A program made the position numbers and the translations under genes. A stretch of DNA of 64,000 nucleotides from Phoronis australis (taxonomy: Eukaryota; Animalia; Phoronida): the NCBI GenBank assembly GCA_002633005.1, contig NMRA01000722.1, positions 117,165 to 181,164 of the forward strand, given 5' to 3'. The first letter of the stretch is position 1. Every line of letters begins with the position of its first letter. Of this stretch, positions 1-11,800 are shown piece after piece. Below the pieces are notes generated by a model that saw only the letters and a program-made list of their open reading frames with translations, was not told the DNA's origin and made no database searches.

Positions 1-73
1 TTTAACATTGCGGTATTTGAATGAAGAGTTCAAACATTGGACAAAAGACACAAAAAATGATTTGAAAGCATAC

Positions 74-303
74 AAGTGATGACCACATGTGCTACATGTG
101 AAGTGATGACCACCTGTGCTTCATGTGAAGTGATGACCACCTGTGCTACATGTGAAGTGATGATCACCTGTGCTTCATGTGAAGTGATGACCACCTGTGC
201 TACATGTGAAGTGATGACCACATGTGCTTCATGTGAAGTGATGACTACATGTGCTACATGTGAAGTGATGACTACATGTGCTACATGTGAAGTGATGACC
301 ACA
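74..303. repeat. 27-bp minisatellite (~8.5 copies) downstream of the POC5 stop
   Basis: Unit gtgatgaccac(a/c)tgtgct(a/t)catgtgaa repeated in tandem; explains the 9-aa periodic ORFs on both strands. Confidence 0.95.
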
Positions 304-764
304 GATTAACAATAATATAACGACAAAAGACCGTTGTTATTTCACATTATAGTAGGCCTACATAAGAGTTTGGCCAACAATTTATAATGAAGATAGTAAG
401 CACTGTACAGCAAAAGTGAATATTTACATCTAACTACAATTAATTTAGCATCGCCCTGCAGTAAAACTAGACACAGAATCCAAGAACATTGATGTGCACA
501 AAAAGCCTTGAAATTTACATTCCACATCAACAGTTAATTTTCATTTTACCAAAAACGCACAAAGCTGGACATTTATAAGAGGGATGTTTTTTTAATTCTG
601 ACACAGTTACGCTGTGCAGTTGTTCTAGTTTGTGCACTGGGCCCTTCAAATAAGTCAGAGTTTACATTACTTGAGCAAAGTATCTCAGTGCTATTAATAT
701 CTCACTCCAATTTGTGCCAAGGTGAGTTTTACGGTATGTCGCAACTGAATGTCACAAGCTCACT

Positions 765-2435
765 TCATTGAACAATTCTTACTGTGGGCGTCGTACCCGT
801 AAGTTTTCCTGATGTTTTTCGTCCAGGAAAAAGCTCAGGTTGCCTTTGGTACCGACTCGCTGTAGCATGACCAATAGTCTGCTTTGTAACTGGATGATGC
901 CGCTCCACTAGAACAGAGCTCATAGGTGGATTAAGCCCCATGGGAACACTGACCCCTTTTGACAACTGACTAGATCTTGGGGCATCTGAGCTTGCCGTGA
1001 CTTTAGCTGTCAATACCCGAGGTTTACCAGCTCCACTGACGCTCTTTGTTTTATAACTAGTAGCTGTGCTATCGGACAAAATGGAAGTCTGTTTTGACCC
1101 AACACTGATGCTAGTGACAATTCGAGGTGCTGGTGGGTGAGCAGTGTCTACAGAATACACTGGCTCTACAGGAATCACTTGGTGACTATCTTCATGATCA
1201 CCTGAACGTGGTGTTGGGGATAATCGGCCACCATGATCTTCACCCTCATGAAACATGTTCATGGCCTCAAGATTGAGCGCACATACACCTCTCATAAACG
1301 CCTTCTTCATAGTTTCTTCATAAGCTTCACGTTCACGATGAAGTCGATTCACTTCTTCTCTAGCAGCAGTCAACGCGTCTTCGAGTGAAGAAACTCGTGC
1401 CTCGTAGTCATTAGTTAGGGAAATGCATACTTCCTGGGCTTTTGCTTGACAGGCCTTTTCCACTCTGCTTTTCCACTTGGCCTCAATTATAGAATGCCAA
1501 GAGTCCCAAACCTTCTGAATTAACTGCTTTCGATAATGTTTCAAAGCCAACCGACTTGAAAACTCTTGTCGCTCATGATCGATGTGCTTAGTCTTCCAAT
1601 CACTGAAAGCTTTGGTCATATCTAACTTTTCTCTCTGTTGTTGTAATCCTCGGGTGAGGTTACTAATCACTTGATCTTTACGCTCTATGGACTGTTCATA
1701 TGTATGTAAGAGCTCTTTCAGTCCCTCAATCTCATTCTGAAGACGATTCTCCTCTGCTGAATGACGACTCCTTTCCTTCTGCAGTTGAAGTTTACCTTGC
1801 TCAATGACCTTTATTTTAGCCTTGCTCAATTCAGCAAGCAAGTTCCTTTTCAGATCCCCAGACCACACATCAATGATATGCTCAACACGTGCAATGTCAG
1901 GGTCTACACTTGGCGAGTAAGCTGCTTCACTCACGTTGATACTTGATTGCTCGCTCTCTGGGCTTTGAACTAAGTCTGCGAGGAAGTTGTGTTGTTCAGG
2001 GTTCCTTGGACTGCCCATTGGGACAGGAAGGTGACTTTGATTATCTCCATTCTCCTCCTCTAATTGTCCTTGGCTTCGTTCCCCAGCATTTAAAAGACGT
2101 TTTCCTGCACGACTGTCCGTCCTCGACTGAGCTAGTTGATTTTCAACAGACTTTTCATCACTTGAATGTTCATCATCTTCTTCTTCTTCTTCCTCTAATG
2201 GCTGGTATCGCTGCTGTAGAGTTGACTGGTGTTTTGGCACGTGTTGCGGAAATGACCCCTTTGTGTCATTCAATGTCTTGCCAATAGAACTTGGGTCGTA
2301 TTTGGGAACAACGACAGCGTACTTAAGTAATTCTTCGTATTCATTTTGAAGAGTAGATGACACTGAACTTCCAGGCGAGTCTGGCGGAATCAGTGGAATA
2401 CTGGTGCCAGTTATATCGGCTGATGCCGCAGACAT
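765..2435 (-). CDS. POC5: Centrosomal/centriolar protein POC5 (single coding exon, 556 aa)
   Basis: Long ATG-initiated ORF with central coiled coil and motifs I recognise from POC5: 'KVWDSWHSIIE..WK.RVEKACQAKAQEVC..L.NDYE' and 'MKKAFMRGVCALNLEAM', plus N-terminal 'SVSSTLQNEYEELLKYAVV'. Confidence 0.9.
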   Translation of the reverse strand: MSAASADITGTSIPLIPPDSPGSSVSSTLQNEYEELLKYAVVVPKYDPSSIGKTLNDTKGSFPQHVPKHQSTLQQRYQPLEEEEEEDDEHSSDEKSVENQLAQSRTDSRAGKRLLNAGERSQGQLEEENGDNQSHLPVPMGSPRNPEQHNFLADLVQSPESEQSSINVSEAAYSPSVDPDIARVEHIIDVWSGDLKRNLLAELSKAKIKVIEQGKLQLQKERSRHSAEENRLQNEIEGLKELLHTYEQSIERKDQVISNLTRGLQQQREKLDMTKAFSDWKTKHIDHERQEFSSRLALKHYRKQLIQKVWDSWHSIIEAKWKSRVEKACQAKAQEVCISLTNDYEARVSSLEDALTAAREEVNRLHREREAYEETMKKAFMRGVCALNLEAMNMFHEGEDHGGRLSPTPRSGDHEDSHQVIPVEPVYSVDTAHPPAPRIVTSISVGSKQTSILSDSTATSYKTKSVSGAGKPRVLTAKVTASSDAPRSSQLSKGVSVPMGLNPPMSSVLVERHHPVTKQTIGHATASRYQRQPELFPGRKTSGKLTGTTPTVRIVQ

Positions 2436-2634
2436 TTTACAATTTCTGTCAGAATATACAAAATAATGTCAATAACTTACGGAATCTACCACCCTAAATG
2501 GGTTTGAATTTACAAACTTCCGGTTACTGAAAGCTGGCCAATAGCACACGTCCTTTCTTAAAAATATATCTTACAGTACCTATTATTGGTTAAGGGTTGC
2601 CAACAGGAGTGCTGGCCTATTTCCGGACATCCCC
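2436..2634. promoter_or_regulatory. Putative bidirectional promoter shared by POC5 and ALDH8A1
   Basis: Only 199 bp between divergent ATGs; CCAAT at 2538-2542, ATTGG at 2585-2589, and ETS-like TTCCGG cores near 2518 and 2621. Confidence 0.65.
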
Positions 2635-2825
2635 ATGCAAACCCCAAAGAAAACTAGAGTGATGGAGGTTGTTGTTGAGAATTTTATAAATGGTTCTTTT
2701 GTGTCTTGCCCAAATGTCTTATATAGTGAAGATCCGTCAGTAGGAGAGCCATGGGCAACTATTCCTGACAGTGGTAAAACCGAAGTTGATGTGGCTGTGC
2801 GTGCTGCTAAAGAAGCTTTCTGCAG
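2635..2825 (+). CDS. ALDH8A1: ALDH8A1 exon 1
   Basis: ENFINGSFV...DPSVGEPWATIPDSGKTEVDVAVRAAKEAF; donor AG|GTGCGT. Confidence 0.88.
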
Positions 2826-5800
2826 GTGCGTTACGCCGTTAGCCCTGGGGCCTGGGCTGGTGCAAAGCCAAAGGCGAAGTTGTATACTACTATTATACTA
2901 GTAAATATTTGTGTTTTGACGATAGTGTTCATACAACAACCTTGCTGCCTCTAGGAGACGATAATGGCGCTTCATACGCCGGAAGCTTTTCGGCGAATTA
3001 TGCCTCACACTGGTCAAAACATCGAAGTCACATTGTTATAACTAAGTCTTAGTCTAAGTACCGTACCTTATGCATACAGTATAGGCGCTTTATATGACCG
3101 AAGTTTTTCGATGCCTCACACTGATTAAACATCAAGGTCACATTGTTATAAGTACATTTTACATATATGTGGACACCTAAGGAGGTCATCGATGTCTTTA
3201 ATTCCTTGCATCTCGAACAAATACTCCTGTAATTAAACCTTTTTTGGAGTCCTTAATTCAGTTGCCCCAATCGGCAGCTGGTCATTTTCAACACTACGCG
3301 CACCAGGAGGTATGACGACATATCTCCCGGTTTGCGCAATGTTAAAAATGGCCAGTTGCTGATTTGGGCAACTGAACAAAGGATTGATAAAAAATGATTA
3401 CAGAAGTATTTTTGAGGTGGAAGGAATTAAAAACATCGACTGCCTCCTAAGGTATCCCTGTATGCATAAGGTACGGTACTTAGACTAAGATTTAGTTAAG
3501 TTATAACAATGTGACTTCGATGTTTTGACCAGTGTGAGGCATAATNCTTTCATCTTAAGGTGTCCCATTTCAGACGGGACCCTCTCTCGGTGGAGCAGTT
3601 CGGGGAAATATCACTTTGTCCCTCTATACACGTAAATCCGACATTGCCAAGTGTTCACGAGGCAAGTTGAGATTCCAAATTCATCAAAGAACCAAAAACA
3701 TTTGTGCACAGCACAGCAGTGTCAAGACATTCGACCCAAATAACCAAAAAATGTGAAAAAATACAATACAATTGACCACCATCAAAAGAGTGGAATTTTG
3801 AAGAATGTGAAACCACTATTGTGAATTACACAAAAGGACTGTTTCCAGTGGTTAGTTATAGAATAATGTTATTGTTTCCCATAGTATCTCAAAAATAGTA
3901 TCTCTTTTGAAGATAGTTACTATGAGTTGTTTTTAAGGAATTCCCACATGTAGAAAACACTGCTGTCTAAGCTACTATTTGTGAAGACCGTGTACATTTC
4001 GAAAGGGGGTACTTAAAGAACTTACAATCATAAACAAAGATTTCATCATTCTTTTTGTAAGTGGAGTTTACCTCGTAAACCATTATAGGTACCTCTGAAA
4101 TGAGCAAAAATACAACTTAATACGAATGCCCCATCTCCCATGTTCCCGGTTACCCGTGTTAAAAATATGCGAGCATGACTGTGGAAATTGCTTATAACAT
4201 TCTGTTTTGATAAACAAATTTGTTGATTTCTGATTTACTTGTTTGTGTGTCTACGAAAATCGTTAGAGTCATGGATGATCTTTGACAATTAGAAGCCAAT
4301 CTTGTAAAAATTGGTGATGTTTCATTGAATTTAGTTGCAGCCTGAAGTTGGAAAAACTCTATAATCCGATCCCCAAATAGTAAAGTACACTTAGACAATT
4401 TTTACCTATTTGAAGATATTGATGAAATTTGGAATCACAAACCGTTGATCGAAAAAAGTTTTAAAAGTCTTAAAGTAAATAAAATTAAACTCATTGCATT
4501 GGAAAGGTTGCCTTTGCACTTCCTTGGTGTTTTAGTTTCCACAGGTTTTGCGCAATGAATTTTTGTTCTTCAAAACTGAATTTTTTGCTTGCCCTGATTC
4601 CCGTGCATGTCATGACTGCCGCACTCAAGTTAAAAATAAGATATAGCCATGCAGTAGGCCCACACAGAATCTCAGTGATCCATGGGAACTGAAATCCAGG
4701 CATTGAAGTGAGTTCTAGTTCTTTGGGGCACACTCTGTATCATTGTCCCCACAAACCAGAAACTGGACTGCCAGTCGCGTTTCAACAAGGAATTTTGAAA
4801 CCTCCCCAAAAGCACTATATTCCAGGGCCCTCACCTTTTCAAAAACCTCTTTCAAAGAATGACCACATTAAAATAAAGTTTTCCCGAAACTGGATCACAA
4901 TAAAGTGAATCTTGACCTTAGAGCCAGCACAGATGGATATGTACGAGATAAGCTGCCTGTCTCAAGTGAGTGAACCATAGCTGAGCTGACCAGCAACGGG
5001 AATTTCGTATTTTGACCCAGTTAGATCTCAGCTACCAGGGGCGAATCCAGGATTTTGAGTTAGAGGGGGGACAGGGCAGAGTATTAACATGTACTGCCAA
5101 ATGGAATCTGGGAGAAATTTAAGGGGGCATGGCCTCCTTGGCCCCCCCTTAAATCCGCCACTGGGTATAGTTACTTGAGGCAGCTCCTCGCTACCCATCA
5201 GTGCATTGGTCCTAGGCCCATAGCCATAGTTACTCTCCATTTTAGTTCACTGTTACTCAACTCTTGATGGCTGCATCCCAAGGATTGCCCTCCATCTGGG
5301 GCGGACATGGGAGATCCGGTACAAATATGATGCATCAGAAGCACGGGGTGCGGAGGTTGGGGGCAGAGGTGATGCGATACGGAGGAGGGTAGTTTGGCGA
5401 AGCCTCGATGGTTTGTGCCCCCCCCCCAATAATTTTTGTCTTCCTAGGGGCCTGATATTGCGAATTATTTTTTTGGATATGACAGGTTGAGAAGCTACGG
5501 ATTGCTCATATTTCTACTAGGTTGTCTCTTTTAGGTGGTCTGCAGTGCCCCCTGAGGAAAGATCCAAGATTATGAACAAGATAGCTGATATTTTAGAATC
5601 TCGATTAGAAGAATTTGCTGTTGCTGAATCCCGAGATCAAGGCAAACCAATCTCCTTGGCTAAGGCTGTTGACATCCCGCGGGCTGTGTACAACTTCAGA
5701 TTTTTTGCGTCTTATATAAAGCATGACTTGAATGAGTAAGTTTAATTTGTTATCTAATGATTTTATCTTGGAGAAAACGAGGTGTGAAAATTTGATACAA

Positions 5801-8800
5801 ACTGAAAAGGAACACTGTCACTGTGCTTATAGATTGTTTTGAGACTTTACGATTATAAACTAGATATTCAATAGGCAATGATTTGACAAAATGGTCGTCT
5901 TTTGATTTTCTGAGGAGAACGAGACTGTCAGAGAGTTGCAGGAGGGTTTTCTTATGATGAAGTCCCAAGTTAATACTCTTTAAATATACACTGATACTGT
6001 TGCATTGTTATTCACTCAAAAAAATGCAGCCTTTCTGATACTGTTGATGGATCAGGCACATACAAGGTGAAACATCCTCTTATCTGCCATTTTCTGTCTG
6101 CCGTCGTGTGTCATACATATTTGGAAAGTTTTGAGGTCAGATGACATTTTCAGCTGTCTTCTGTATTTCTGATCATGTTAATGGTGGCATTATTATGTTG
6201 ATCTACGTATCATGTTAATGATGTCTCCGTTGTGTAGGTCTACATATCAAGAACAGTTCAGATGTCTTAACTACTCTCAGAAGATGCCGATGGGTGTGGC
6301 CGGCCTTATCGCTCCTTGGAATCTTCCAATGTACTTACTCACCTTCAAGATCGCTCCTGCTATTGCCTCTGGCTGCACTGTTGTGTGCAAGCCGAGTGAG
6401 ATGACCTCAGTCACCGCTTGGATGCTGTGCAGTGTTTTAAACGAAGCAGGTATTGATAACACAGCCATATTACGTCCAGGGTTGGTTTCTTTCTCATGAA
6501 TTGCATTAATTAATGTTTTCATCAAACAAGTGACAAACTACAGTATAGCTTTAATATCCGACAATTATTTCTTTAATGATGTCATTTTTGTCTTCACTGT
6601 ACTTTAATTCGCAGCAGTATGTTGTGCCAGGCATGAGCATGTGTCTTGTCAGGAAGTGAAAAGAGCTGGTTCGTGAGAAAGGAAATTTGTCCATAAGAAA
6701 AGAATTCTCTTTGAGAAACTCGTTACTTTAAGTGTGCAGCTATTTTTTCACCAGTGCCTGGTGATTATTGTATGGCTGTCCTGTAGTCATCTGCTCCTTA
6801 TGCCATCTGGTGTTCAAGACTGATTCAAAGCTTTTGCTATATCCTGCCCGGGAATTGAAATGGGGCAAACTGTTACATGCAGGATGGCCTTGCCAAATAA
6901 TCACACACTTAGTCTTGTATTCTTTCAAAGGAGTGGTCATGCATCAAGCTCTAACAGATTGCAGACTGAATACTACTTGGTAAAATGCCAAGTTTGTTGA
7001 TGGCTTTTGGAGTTTAACTATTATTTGAATTTGGTGAGATGAAATTTTGCCAAATATGTTACTCTGGCATGGTGTTTGTTTGTTTTCTTTTTTGTTTGCC
7101 AGATGTTTCGTGTATTTGGTAATCAATAGGATGGAAAGTATGGCGTCATCCTATTGAGAAAATCCAAGAAATTCTGCCATTTCGTTCCCATGTCTTGTCA
7201 TTTATCCATGAGAATTTACATTTGGTCAAATGCTGTAACTGGAAAATGACCAGCTATTCTCTGGTTTAGAAAATATTGACCAATACCTTACTTTTAATGT
7301 ATTTTGTTGCTTTGAACATAGTTATGTGTTAGTGGAAATGAATTGGTCACCGCCATAGTGTTTGTTTCCAGCTTGGAGTTGTTGCTAAGGGTGTGACTTA
7401 ATCATTTTCCATCCCTAGTCATGTCAACACATCACTCCTTTTAAAATGGCTCAAGGCCTCTGATTTTTGGTCGTAACTGGTCACAAGATGGCACTGTAAC
7501 TATTTAGTCAACTTTGCTTCATAATATGGGCAGGATGCCCGCTGCTAAGTCAGATTGGATTTCTGTGTTTAACCAGTAGTCCTTTTGGCTCAGTGGCTAG
7601 AGTTTCTGCAGGGTTAGGTCCTGGGTTCGAGTCCTGGTCGGGGGCAAAAATCTTTTCAGACTTATGTTCATTAGGTAACGTGATGTGACCAACAGGTGGC
7701 ATGCAGACCAGACTTAAAAATGTTTGTGATTTGCTTTGTAATATTGTAAATCCGTAGTCCTGACATCTTCCACTTGTTGCTAAGGCTTACCCGCTGGTGT
7801 AGTCAACATGGTGTTTGGATATGGGCACAAAGTTGGCCACGCCCTCACGTCTCACCCTGACGTCCCTCTGATCTCGTTCACTGGAAGTACATTGACTGCT
7901 CTAAAGATACAGGAGGCTGCAGCGCCATTTTACAAGAAACTGTCTTTAGAGGTATGATGTAAAGGTTATATTGACTAGAAGTTTTCTTAAGCTGATACAA
8001 AAGAATGTGTCCTTCAAATTACTCTCAGTACTGATCAGGTCTTTTGGAAGTTTACATTATAACATGAAAACAGCAATTTTCAAATACATTCACTACTCCT
8101 GCTTTAAAATGCTGTAAAATTAGTTAATAAAACTATTTTTGAATGTCTTGTTATGTTGGCTCTAGTGTGTGCAACTTTACTTTTTATTCATTTCAGCTTG
8201 GCGGAAAGAATGCTGCCATTATATTTGGCGATGTTAACATTTCTGAGTGTATCAATACCACAGTAAGGTGAGAAAGAACTAAGTGTTACTTACAAGATGA
8301 GTGTCTGGTTACCTTGCGAGACTCACTCACTCGTGACCATGTGCTATTAGTTTTGTTTTCAGCCTTTTGGCCTTTTAGTACTTTTTCAAGCATGTCGGGC
8401 TGTTAGAATACTACATCGGAGAACAACTTTTCCCCGATTTGAACAGTACAAGATAAAAGTAATCGACCAAATACTTTGAAAAGACTTCAACTGCAACTCT
8501 TGCAAAATTGTGTGAATCAGCCTTAGAAAAAATTTTATTTTTAGCCATTTAGAATTTTTGTCCAAAGGGAAGAATTTTAAATATATATCAGTCACCTTAA
8601 TATTTTTTAGTATGATCACCACTCACTTGTGTTTTTAGCTTCATTTGTTCCCTACTTACAGTTCATTCTCATTGTAGGTCGTCATTTGCCAACCAGGGTG
8701 AGATCTGTCTCTGCACAAGTAGGATATTTGTGCAGACGACAATCTTTAATGAATTCGTTGACAAGTTTGTACAAGCGGTAAGGTAATGTATCGTGGTTGT

Positions 8801-11800
8801 CAGGTCAGTATGTGGTGCCAAAGCAATGCTAACAAGAAGTCGTGTTTTGTTGGAAAGTAGTAACATACTAAGATTATGTTCATTGAATGATGTCAGGTTT
8901 TTTTGCTGATTGAGGAGTATGATGTCCTCCAGTTATGTACAATACTCTGTGTTGACCAGATTATGCAGTTGAGTCTAATTAAAATGCTAAACTGGTCTCA
9001 TCTCATGATTTCTTGGCTGGGTTGAAATTGTCAGTTTTTTAAGTTGACTTTGTTCGACTCATTTCCATTTCATAATAACAACTGATGTTTCCATGTCTAG
9101 GAAGCCCAGCGTAACTCGGACATTTTGACATCAGTTTGTTAGGGTGGCTGTACTGTGATGTAATAAGTTGTTCATTTTTTGACTGTTAGGAAGTTGAAGG
9201 TGGGTGACCCTAAGGACAGTGTAAATATGGGCGCTCTGATCAGTAGTGAACATTGGAAGAAAGTGGTTGGATACATAGACGCAGCGAGGGAAGAGGAGGC
9301 AACCATATTGTGTGGTCATGGGGTGGATAGCCTGGACCTACCTGACAGGTGTAAGAAGGTGTGTATATCACTGTGTGGTGGGGTTAGTAGTCTGGATCTA
9401 CCTGACAGGTGTAAGAATGTATATCATTGTGTGGTCATAGGGTTAATAGCCTGGATGTATCTGACAGGTGTAAGAGGGTGTGTATATCACTGTGTGGTGG
9501 GGTTAGTAGTCTGCACCTACCTGACAGGTGTAAGAAAGTGTGTATTTCTTTGTGTGGTCATAGGGTTAATAGTCTGGATGTACCTGACAGGTGTAAGAGG
9601 GTGTGTATATCACTGTGTGGTCATGGGGTGGATAGGGTGGACATTCTACATGGATTGTTTATTAGTATTTTCAAAGGCCTAGAAGTCTACAAATTAATAA
9701 GACTAGTTTGAAATTGTGAACACGTTAGAGCTCTGCCCAGGACATTCTAAAATCTTGGAAAATTTTAGAGTTATGTCAGCCTTATTTCTGTTGCCTAAAG
9801 CAAAGTCAAGGCAATACAAAGCTCACTATTGAAGTGCAAAATGTGTCACAACATAATAATCACATTAGTTGTCATTCTGTGATGTGCATGTATAATCTCA
9901 CTGAGTACAGTATGCAGTGCCGTCAGGAAACCGTTGTTTTGATTTGTGCTTCTTTCTGAAGATTTGCTGCCACTAATTTGATTTTTATGCGCCCACATAC
10001 TTATATGTGGACGCATTGTGCCGTCATCCCCGTCCGTCTAGCGTTTGTCCGGCGTCCGCTGCTCTATCTCCAAAACCCTTTGACCTATGTTCATGAAATT
10101 TTGCTCATGTGTTCCTTTCATGGACGGGACAACATGAGCGAACTTCCGAATGGATCCAACCACTGGTGTGCCCCCTAGTGGCAATTTTAGTTTTTTACGT
10201 TTACCTCTAAAGTCTTCAAAGGTCCACAACGTATTTTCATAAAATTTGGCATATAGGCATACATTAGAGATGACGCTATCCTTCTATTTTCGTATGGAAT
10301 CAATATAGTTTGCGCCACCTAGTAGCCATTTTTACTGCCCCTCTATCAACCAAACCGGTATAAGGATGATTGTCAAAATTGGCATGTATGTTCTTACTAT
10401 GAAGAGGACGGCTCGTGATGATTTTCCGACGACTTTGCACCTCCTAGTATTTTGCGCCCATGGCTGTATCTCCTAAAACCGCTTGCAGGATCCTCACTAA
10501 ATTGAGCAAGTGTATTTATATGATGTTGACAACGGACGACAACCACTTTCGCATGGATCTGACTACCGGTGTGCCCCCTAGTGGCAATTTTAGTTTTTAC
10601 GTTTACGTCTGTATCTTCAAAGGTCCTCAACAGATTTTCATAAAATTTGGCATATAAGAATGTATTGATGAGATGACACTATCCTCCCGTTTTCGGATGG
10701 AATTGGGGTATTTTTTCCATCTAGTGGCCATTTTTTGCTGTTTTCGAGTGTTTTTTGGCATCCACCCCCCTGTCAATCAAACCATTCTAAGGATTATTTT
10801 TATGCGTTCACATATTTATATGTGGTCGCATATTGCTATCATCTGTGTCTGGGCGTCGGGTGTACGGGCATCCGGCGTCAGCAGCTGTATCTCCTACACC
10901 CCTCACAGGATCTTGATGAGATTTGGCAGATGTGTTCCTATGAACCTGACGACGGACGAAGACGAATTTCGGATTTCTCCAACTACCGGTGTGCTTCCTT
11001 GTGGCAAGTTTAGTTTTTTTACGCTTGCCTCTGTATCTTCGAAGGTCGTTATCGGATTTTCATAAAATTTGACAGTTAGGCATCTATTAGGGAGATGATG
11101 CCATTCTTTCGTTTTCGGTCAGATTCGAGGTACTTTGCACCACCTACTGGTCGTTTTTACTGTTTTTGAGTCTGTTTTTTGGCTTCTGCACTTCTATCAA
11201 CCAAACCGCTTTAGGGATGATTTTGAAATTTGGCATATATGTTCTTACTGTGAAGACGGCGGCTGACGATGATTTTCCGACGACTTCGGCTACTATGGCG
11301 CGCCTCCTAGTGGCAATTTTGTTTGTTTTTGCGCCCATGGCTGTATCTCCTAAACGCTCTACAGGATGTTTATTGAATTTTGCTGGTGTATTTACATGAA
11401 ATTGACAACAAAGGACGACGACTTTCTTACGGATCAGGCTACTGGTGTACCCCCTAGTGGCAATTTTAGTTTTTTACGTTTACCCCTGTATCTTAAAAGG
11501 TCGTCAATGGATTTTCATAAAATTTGGCACATAGGCATCTGTTAGTGAGTTGATGCTATCTTCCGGTTTCGATTAAAGTCGAGTCATTTTGCGCCACCTT
11601 GTGGCCATTTTTACTGTTTTCGAGTCTGTTTTTTTGGCATCTGCCCCTCTGTCAATGAAACCACTCTAAAGATGATTGTGGAAATTGGCATATATGCAGG
11701 ATCTTTATTAAATTTAGCAAGTGTATTTATATGAGCTTGACAACAAATGACGATGATTTTCGGATGGATTCAACTACTAGTGTGCCACCTAGTGGCAGTT

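Noticed and set aside
30-309. Cys-rich periodic ORF (MTTCATCEV)n resembling a metallothionein or antifreeze repeat
   Set aside because: Translation of a 27-bp minisatellite, open on both strands, with no splice or start context.
2997-3546. Outer 85-bp inverted repeat (2997-3078 vs 3459-3545)
   Set aside because: Ends exactly at the n seam and adjoins a foldback element; could be a hairpin-induced read or assembly chimera.
7578-7645. Possible tRNA gene
   Set aside because: A and B boxes are present but the anticodon arm and acceptor stem are incomplete; treated as a SINE fragment.
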